From positions 199,826,001-199,890,000 of the forward strand of contig OX597815.1 in assembly GCA_951406725.2 (NCBI GenBank): a DNA stretch of 64,000 nt. The letters are read 5' to 3'. The notes below the pieces were generated by a model. The model had not been told where the DNA came from, did no database searches, and worked only from the letters and a program-made list of their open reading frames with translations. The DNA is from Octopus vulgaris. Lineage: Eukaryota. This document shows positions 56,938 through 64,000 of this stretch, piece after piece (the stretch's first letter is position 1; every line of letters starts with the position of its first letter). The position numbers and the translations under genes were made by a program.

Positions 56938-57493
56938 CTCTCTCTCTCTTTCTTATTTTCATTCTCTCCTTCGGTCTCTCTCTCTCTCTCTCTTTTCTCT
57001 CTTATTTTCATTCTCTCCTTCGGTCTCTCGATATACCACACAATTGTTTGTTTTTATCCTCGCCCCTCCTCTCTTTTATTCAAATCCACTCTCTTTCGTT
57101 TTCCCTTCCTTTCATTTTATATTATTGTTTTCTCATTTGCTCTCTCTCTCACTCTCTCTCTCTCTCTCCCTGTCTCTCTCTCCGTTTCTCCTTCTCATTC
57201 TTTCGCTCTATCCTTAACGCATGCAATCACTCTGACGTTCTCTCACTGACTTCCTCCATTTTGTTCCCCATTTTCTCTTTTGTTTTGTCGCCCACTCTCT
57301 TCCCCCTCTCTCACACTCGCTTGTTATTCTTCTCCCTTTTGTTCTCTCCAACTTACTCTCTCTCTACCGCTCTCTTACTCACTATCTTTCTTGTTCTACT
57401 TCTCTCTCTTTTGTTCTGCCACCCACCAACACTCTCTCTCTCTGTCAATCATTTATTCTCCCTTATCTCTTTTCGGTCCTTTCTATAGTTCCT

Positions 57494-57536
<43 letters not shown>

Positions 57537-57973
57537 ATTCCTTCCGCCTCTCTCTCTCACTCTCACACACTCACAACACTCTCACATTTCTCTACCTTCG
57601 TAGTCTCCATTACTTTATCATCTCCTCCTTCTCCTCCTCATAAAAATTTCCTGCTCCCCTCTTGCATACATTTATTTCTATTAAATCTCTTCACTTTAGC
57701 TTCCCTTTCATTCTTTATTTCCACTACCTTTCTTTTCTCTCCATCTTCCCCTTCCCCAACACCTTATCAATTACTTTATCACCCACTCTCTTACTCCCTC
57801 TATTTCTCATTCTCTCGCTGTCTCTATCTCTCTCCCTCTAACCCTCTTTTTCGTCCTATCATTTACTTTCTCTCTCCTCTCTCTGCCCCATTCATTATAT
57901 TTCTTTACTTGATCTCCCCTCCTTTTTATTTCTCTCTTACCCTTTCCGTTTTGCCTTCTTTGATCATTCTCTC

Positions 57974-58022
<49 letters not shown>

Positions 58023-58380
58023 AACACTTACACACTCACCATAGTACTATTACGTGTATTTCCTACCTATTTTCTGAATCATTCTCTCTCAAACTTTCTT
58101 TTACTCTCCCATTCACATTACCGACTCATTCTCTCAATATATTTTTTTGCCGTCTCTCTCTCTCCCTCTCTCTCTCTCCATTTTCCTTCCCACTCAATTC
58201 GCTCACTCTCTTTCCCTCTTTCACAATTGCATTTTTGACTTTCTCTTTTCATCCAACCATCCTCCATTTTATTTCTCGTGAACGTTTTCCTTTTCAACTT
58301 TTGATTTACTCATCTCCCCTCCTCTTTCTCTTCCACCCCACTATACCTCCACATCCCTTAATGTTAGCCTTTCTTCTATT
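56270..58380. repeat. ~2-kb polypyrimidine tract including a compound (CT)nACTT array at 56525-56950
   Basis: Direct inspection. The 397-aa and 381-aa ORFs here are SL repeats. Confidence 0.92.
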
Positions 58381-58759
58381 CTTTCACATCACTTGTTTTA
58401 TTTAAATACTTCCCTTTTTTTTCTATTTGTTTTATTTTAAATTTAAATTTTGTATTTTCTTGCTCTCTTGTTTTCATCGAAATTGCTATCGTCTGCCTCT
58501 TCCAGTTCTTTTTATTATGGTTATGTTTCTTTTTCGCGTTTTTAAAATCAGTTTTTGTGTTAAATATATTTTCCCACACAATCTCTTCTATTTTGTTCTC
58601 TTTTGTTTTATGTGCTTTGGTTATTTCTTTTGATTCCATTTTGTTAGGATTCACTATAGTCTTTCATCCTTAATTTCATGTAATCGATTATTCTATCAAT
58701 TTATCTATCTATTTATCTATTTATTTATCTATTTATTTATGTTACTATCATCATCATCA

Positions 58760-58818
<59 letters not shown>

Positions 58819-60130
58819 TGCAGTAATAGTAATAGTAGTCGTGTTAATGTTGTTGTTATTGCTGTTGTTTGCCATGAACGGACGTTTATAAGAGAGCTCC
58901 GCAGAAGATTTTGATCTTACCAGGTTTTATTTAACAGAGGAAAAAAAATGCCAAACGAAGAGAAAGGTGCTAGCTACAAACATAGTAGTAACAGATACAC
59001 TTATAAAGATAATTTTGTAAAAAAAAAAAAAAAAAAAGAAACAGAAAACACAAATTAGAAGAAGATCAAGAAAAAAATTATGACTTTTGGAAAAGTAGAC
59101 ACTGATGTAGACATCTTAACAAATACTGACAAAAACACGAATGCATTGCTTTTATAACATTAATAGCAACAAAAGAAACAATGCCACATTTACCAGCGTT
59201 GCGAGACAGAGGGAAACATTGGATATGAGCCGGTTCTCGAAAAGACAATAACTTGATTGAAGTATGTCACAAATGAAAGTGTGTTCTGGCTCAAAGATAT
59301 AATCGTAGAAAAGTCAATAACTAAAATTATATAAATCTGTTTTAGCAGAAACGGAAGGGGCGTTAGGCACCTCTCAAAGCAGCAACGAGAGGAACAACTG
59401 AATGATGCGTGGCACAATACGTAATTCATCAAATAAGAAAGCGCGTATGGGAGTGGATGATCGTATTTGATACTAAGAACGAAATGAAACGACAGGTGGA
59501 GCGTATGACTCACATTCATGCTCATAGGGTCCTGCTGCAATATATGAGTGATTGGGGATTGTGTTGAACCTTGGTTCAGCGCCACCTTTACGGCAGAGTA
59601 CATATAGGCGGAGAGAGCACTGGAGACACACATCATAAATAAGCTGTGTTAACCTCTTCTTGATTCATTTGACAAAAACCAACGATGGAATACACTACAC
59701 TATCCACACGTATATCACATATATTTGTGTAATAATTTAAATATATAGCAGGAATTTAGTGCATTCCTCACACAAATATATATACATACACACTTACACG
59801 AAGACACAAACACACATACACGCACACACATACACACGCACACACACATAATGTTGGAAACAGGCACTGTGAAGCACATGTGTGTGTATGTGTGTGTGTG
59901 TGTATCTAAGTAAGTATATGTGTGTATCTGTGTGAGTGCGCGCGCGCCTGTGCGTTTCAGTATGCTCATGTCCCTAGGCTTCCCGTAACCCTTTCTGAGA
60001 AAATAAAAAGAACGGTGTTATGTAGATGTATATCAATTTAAAGACATAAACGGAAGCGGACCTTCCCAGAACAAGATGGTTTATGCTTGAAAAGAATTCG
60101 AAGAGGCAGACTTCAAAAATTCTGCAAACA

Positions 60131-60358
60131 TTAACCCTTTAGTGTTCAGATTACTCTGTTAAATGTAATACTTTTTCACTCAAATTGTTTTGAACTAATC
60201 ATGCATTATCTTATAGCTTTGGGGTTTCAATGATGTGATTGTTTATTTTTAGAATGTCAGTGTAGGTTAGGTGTGAGAGGCTAAATATCGCCAGTTTGAA
60301 TATAAAACATGTAGAATATCTGGGCCAGTTATGGCCGGTTTAAATACTAAAGGGTTAA
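60131..60358. mobile_element. piggyBac-type MITE
   Basis: TTAA-CCCTTTAGTGTTCA ... TAAATACTAAAGGG-TTAA gives a TTAA TSD, CCC termini and ~14-bp terminal inverted repeats. Confidence 0.9.
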
Positions 60359-60786
60359 GGTTGTATTCGAGTAAAATTTTCCCTTGAGCACCATGACAGA
60401 GAAACACTTTACCGTCTTACGAAGACCTGAAGAATTTACACTGATACTAATTTATCGGCAAACATACCATCAGAACAAGACTTCTGGTTAATGGTGAAAT
60501 GTGCTGTGTTACAAGAGCCTAACACACTGCTATGAAAAAAAAATTCGTAAAAGAAATTTAATTGAAGAAGTTTAGAAATTCATATTTAAGCGCAATCTAA
60601 GATACTAGACAGGATGTTCGATCTAATAGCGATGTTACGAGAGTGGAAACTGCAGGTGACATTGATGCGTGGAAGGTATTGATGTTACAATTGTGACAGC
60701 ACCAGTTATTCTAAGGCATTCTGCCCTGTAACAGCAAGAGAAAGTATGACTTTTGAAAGAACGCCAGCACAACTACAGCAACACCA

Positions 60787-61181
60787 GTGGAGGCGCAATG
60801 GCCAAATGGTTAGGGCAGCGGACTCGCGGTCGGAGGATCGCGGTTTCGATTCCCAGACCGGGCGTTGTGTGTGTTTATTGAGCGAAGACACCTAAAGCTC
60901 CACGAGGCTCCGGCAGGGGATGGTGGCGACCCCTGTTGTACTCTTTCGCTCCAACTTTCTCTCACTTTTTCTTCCTGTTTCTTGTCCCCGACTTCTTACG
61001 CAACCGCTGAGCCTGGAGGCTCTCGGTGTCGGGGGTTGACCTGCTTTCTCTTCTGCGGGTCTTACGAATAGCAAAGGACCACGTTTCGGACTTCTCCCAC
61101 TACAAGCAATCCTGAGGCGTGATCTTGCGAGCTCTGGGACGAAGACCGCTTCGCTCAACAAACAAACAAACAAATAAAGAA
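60787..61181 (+). mobile_element. SINE group C (head C1 plus structured tail T3, (AAAC)n end)
   Basis: TSD ACAGCAACACCA at 60775-60786 and 61182-61193. Confidence 0.92.
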
Positions 61182-61638
61182 ACAGCAACACCAACCAGGG
61201 CGGGTAACTTCAGCAACAGTGGCCTCAACTTCAGCTATAAAACGGGAAGTACTTCTCCACCAATAACAGCAATTACACCAACAGTGAAGGCATCAACAAC
61301 AAAAACTACAAAAAAAAAAGCCCCACCCCAAAGGCCACAACATCCTCGACATCAGTAACAGCAACTGAAAATTTTAAAGGAACAAGAGCGACAAAGAAGA
61401 AAACCTAGCACGACATTCCTCTTACCACTTCTGGCTACTCAAGCATGTCACGTGGTAAAGACAGCGAAAAAGCCTGAAAATATTTCGACGAAAGATAAAA
61501 TAGAAAAAGAATGTAAAAAAAATAAAAAAATAAACGTCCGGGCGGTTTGAGGTAACGGTAGAAATCCATCTCCACCGTTTCTAACAACACCAATGCTATC
61601 AGTACCGTTAACATCACTGGCACTACATGTAAGACCAA

Positions 61639-61711
<73 letters not shown>

Positions 61712-61715
<4 letters not shown>

Positions 61716-61913
61716 GGTCCCGGGTTGATTCGGGGTTAACCACAGTAAGTAAGGTACTCAATACATAGCAGAGTAAAATTAATTTATTATATAGAAGGAG
61801 CTTTACAGGACTAGTACTGTTTCATTCAAGAGAAATCTTCAGGAAGCTCCTTCCTGAAGATTTCTCTTGAATGAAACAGTACTAGTCCTGTAGAAGCTCC
61901 TTCTATATAATAA

Positions 61914-61915
<2 letters not shown>
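61712..61915. mobile_element. (TA)n-inserted element with a 65-bp-arm palindrome and hammerhead-like cores (Penelope-like inverted end)
   Basis: 61782-61846 versus 61850-61915, one indel and a 3-nt loop. Each arm reads CTGAAGA-T-TTC tctt GAA-T-GAAA-CAGTACTAG-TC. Confidence 0.8.
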
Positions 61916-61966
<51 letters not shown>

Positions 61967-61970
<4 letters not shown>

Positions 61971-62268
61971 GGCGTAATGGCCCAGTGGTTAGGGCAGCGG
62001 ACTCGCGGTCGGAGGATCACGGTTTCGATTCCCAGACCGGGCGTTGTTTATGGTTATTGAGCGAAAACACATAAAAGCTCCACGATGCTCCGGCAGGGGT
62101 TGGTGGAGACCCCTGTTGTACTCTTTCGCCCTAACTTTCTCTCACTCTCTCTTCCTGTTTCTTGAGTAATGCTGCGATGGACTGGCGTCCCGTCCAGCTG
62201 GGGTGAACACATACGCCACAGAAACCAGGAAACCGAGCCCATGAGCCTGGCTAGGCTTGAAAAGGGTG
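61967..62268 (+). mobile_element. SINE group C (head C1 plus tail T2)
   Basis: The head matches 60787 and the tail matches 2831-2950. Confidence 0.9.
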
Positions 62269-62297
62269 ACTATATATATATATATATATATATATAT

Positions 62298-62481
62298 GGC
62301 GATTGTTTTCCTCTGTCTTCCTTTCTCTGGATCTTTCCTTCTCCTATGTTTCCGACGAAGAGCTCCGCTCGAAACGTTAAACCCTCCTTCTTTCCTTCTT
62401 TAATGAGCGTCCAATAATACTATATTTGTTCCACGTCCTCGCGTTTTTGTGTTTTTTTGTGCTTTCTTGTTTGGATTAACT
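62298..62481 (+). mobile_element. Hammerhead-like short element, subfamily 2, in (TA)n
   Basis: 62348-62382 reads GTTT-CCGACGAA-GAGC TCC GCTC-GAAA-CGT-T-AAAC. Confidence 0.75.
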
Positions 62482-62908
62482 ATATATATATGTATACACA
62501 AATTCCAATTCATGTCCATATCAGCTGCCAGAACAGCATTTACAACTAACACACAGAAAAAGGAAATAATTAACTACCTGGCAATCGGTATCAGCAAGAG
62601 AATTAATGAACAAACACCAACGCACAAACATTACACGCAACGATTGCATAACATTAACAAATAGCATGGCAACATACAAAAATATCATCAACGCAACAAA
62701 AAAATGCATACACCCTTTCAAAAAACCAAATAACTCGACAGGAGCTTTTTGAGGAACACTAACACACAATTACAAATACAAACACCCACAAATAGCAGGA
62801 AGGGTGGAACAATTACAAACACCCACAAATAGCCGGAAGGGTGGAACACCTGTCCTCCCACAAGAATAATGTGAGTGGTCTTTCTCATTGGATTCATTTT
62901 CATCCAGC

Positions 62909-64000
62909 ATGGCTTTACTCAGAAGTATCAGTGTGAATGCGTGTGACCTAGGATGGCTTTGAAAGCGACCTCAGGTCACAAGTTATAGAAGCTGTGTCCA
63001 TCAACGAGACCAGAATTTCCGAAGTACGATCATCACACCCACTGTCGGCAGCTTTCATGTATTTCCATCACCAAACCACCAAGGATTGGGAGGCGGAGTC
63101 GACGTGTTGGCCAGATGCTGGGTGCCGGACGGAGTGGTTAAGTTGTTCGGTATCAGGTTTCTTCAAGATCAACAAGTGAAGAAGAACTGAGATGAGGCGG
63201 CAAGCAGAATGCAGATATATATTTTCAACACCCGTTGAATGAAGAACAGGGCATGCCGTGATTAATGGTGTTCAGACATGCGCTGAGACTGCGGCATATC
63301 CAACATCTTTGACGGTGAAACTGTTTGGTCGCCCGCCGTTTGTCAGACGCGTCTCTCCCAACTCGTCGCTTTAGCGGGGCTGCAGTTTGGGTTATGCTCA
63401 GACGTGTGTGTGTGAGAGATAGATAGATAGAGAGGGAGTGAGAGATAGAGAGAGAGAGAGTGAGAGAAAGAGTGCTTGGTATCTAGAATGTCGTCAGGCT
63501 CTCACATGTAGGATGGAATTGGCTATCGGCAGAGTCTATTTTGAAGATCGACGTCCTTCCCTCCTTTGGTCAGGAAGAGAAGATACATTTTATTTCTTCG
63601 ATGGCCTTGTCGAAAGATGTTGTGAGGTGGACAAGACTGAAAGAGCTGAAGGCTCTCACAACCTTCCACCAGTGAGGAAATGGAGTCAGTAGAAATTCCA
63701 CTCCAGCATTCGATAGATGATTAACGGCGGACAGATACCATGAATTCCTTCGAGAAAACCTAACCATTGACCAAAACTGGCATGCTAGACTATTCTGGAG
63801 GATTTCTCTTACTTGGCCCATAGATAAAGTCCCCAAATCCCTGGCCTGGTATTGCTCCCGAGGGGCATTACAGTGCTGGTAGTGCTACCAATGAATTCTT
63901 TAAGCATGGTAGTGCTGGCAACCAGACCGGCTCAAGATCCGTGCACAGCGACGAAATTGTTCTGCACACACTCGTTCAGTGCCCAATATTTGGATTTATT
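62909..64000 (+). pseudogene. Old, internally deleted Tx1/L1-like ORF2: APE endonuclease start joined to the C-terminal zf-RVT region
   Basis: MALLRSISVNACDL...DLRSQVIEAVSINETRI...GGGVDVL resembles the APE motifs N-x-x-GL, L-x-ET and GGVA. 63226 onward aligns with 20337 onward, and 63940-63990 aligns with 20835-20888. Confidence 0.8.

Noticed and set aside
59190-59700. 148-aa minus-strand ORF or possible solo LTR
   Set aside because: No domain similarity recognised, and no clear TG...CA ends or TSD.

Overview
AT-rich, microsatellite-saturated eukaryotic DNA with no intact host gene that I can support. The repeat content suggests an intronic or intergenic region of an Octopus (coleoid cephalopod) genome; this is an inference from recalled repeat families, not a database match. 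Nearly all ORFs in the track are translated microsatellites. The real coding relics are a young 5'-truncated L1/Tx1-clade LINE (20320-21638, open ORF2 C-terminus with zf-RVT), four more 3'-end copies of it and one old internally deleted relative, a Penelope-like element with a GIY-YIG domain (12506-13125), a decayed mariner transposase split by nested SINEs (29760-31433), and two RTE-clade fragments. Three tRNA-derived SINE groups and several MITEs fill much of the rest. The most interesting signals are: (i) a canonical hammerhead ribozyme at the apex of a ~310-nt rod-like inverted repeat; (ii) six ~200-bp inserts, mostly in (TA)n arrays, carrying variant minimal hammerhead cores; (iii) a palindrome carrying a hammerhead-like core on both strands; (iv) a Tx1-like LINE whose ends are tied to (ATCT)n/GATA microsatellites; (v) mix-and-match SINE heads and tails. 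All alignments, translations and folds were done by eye.
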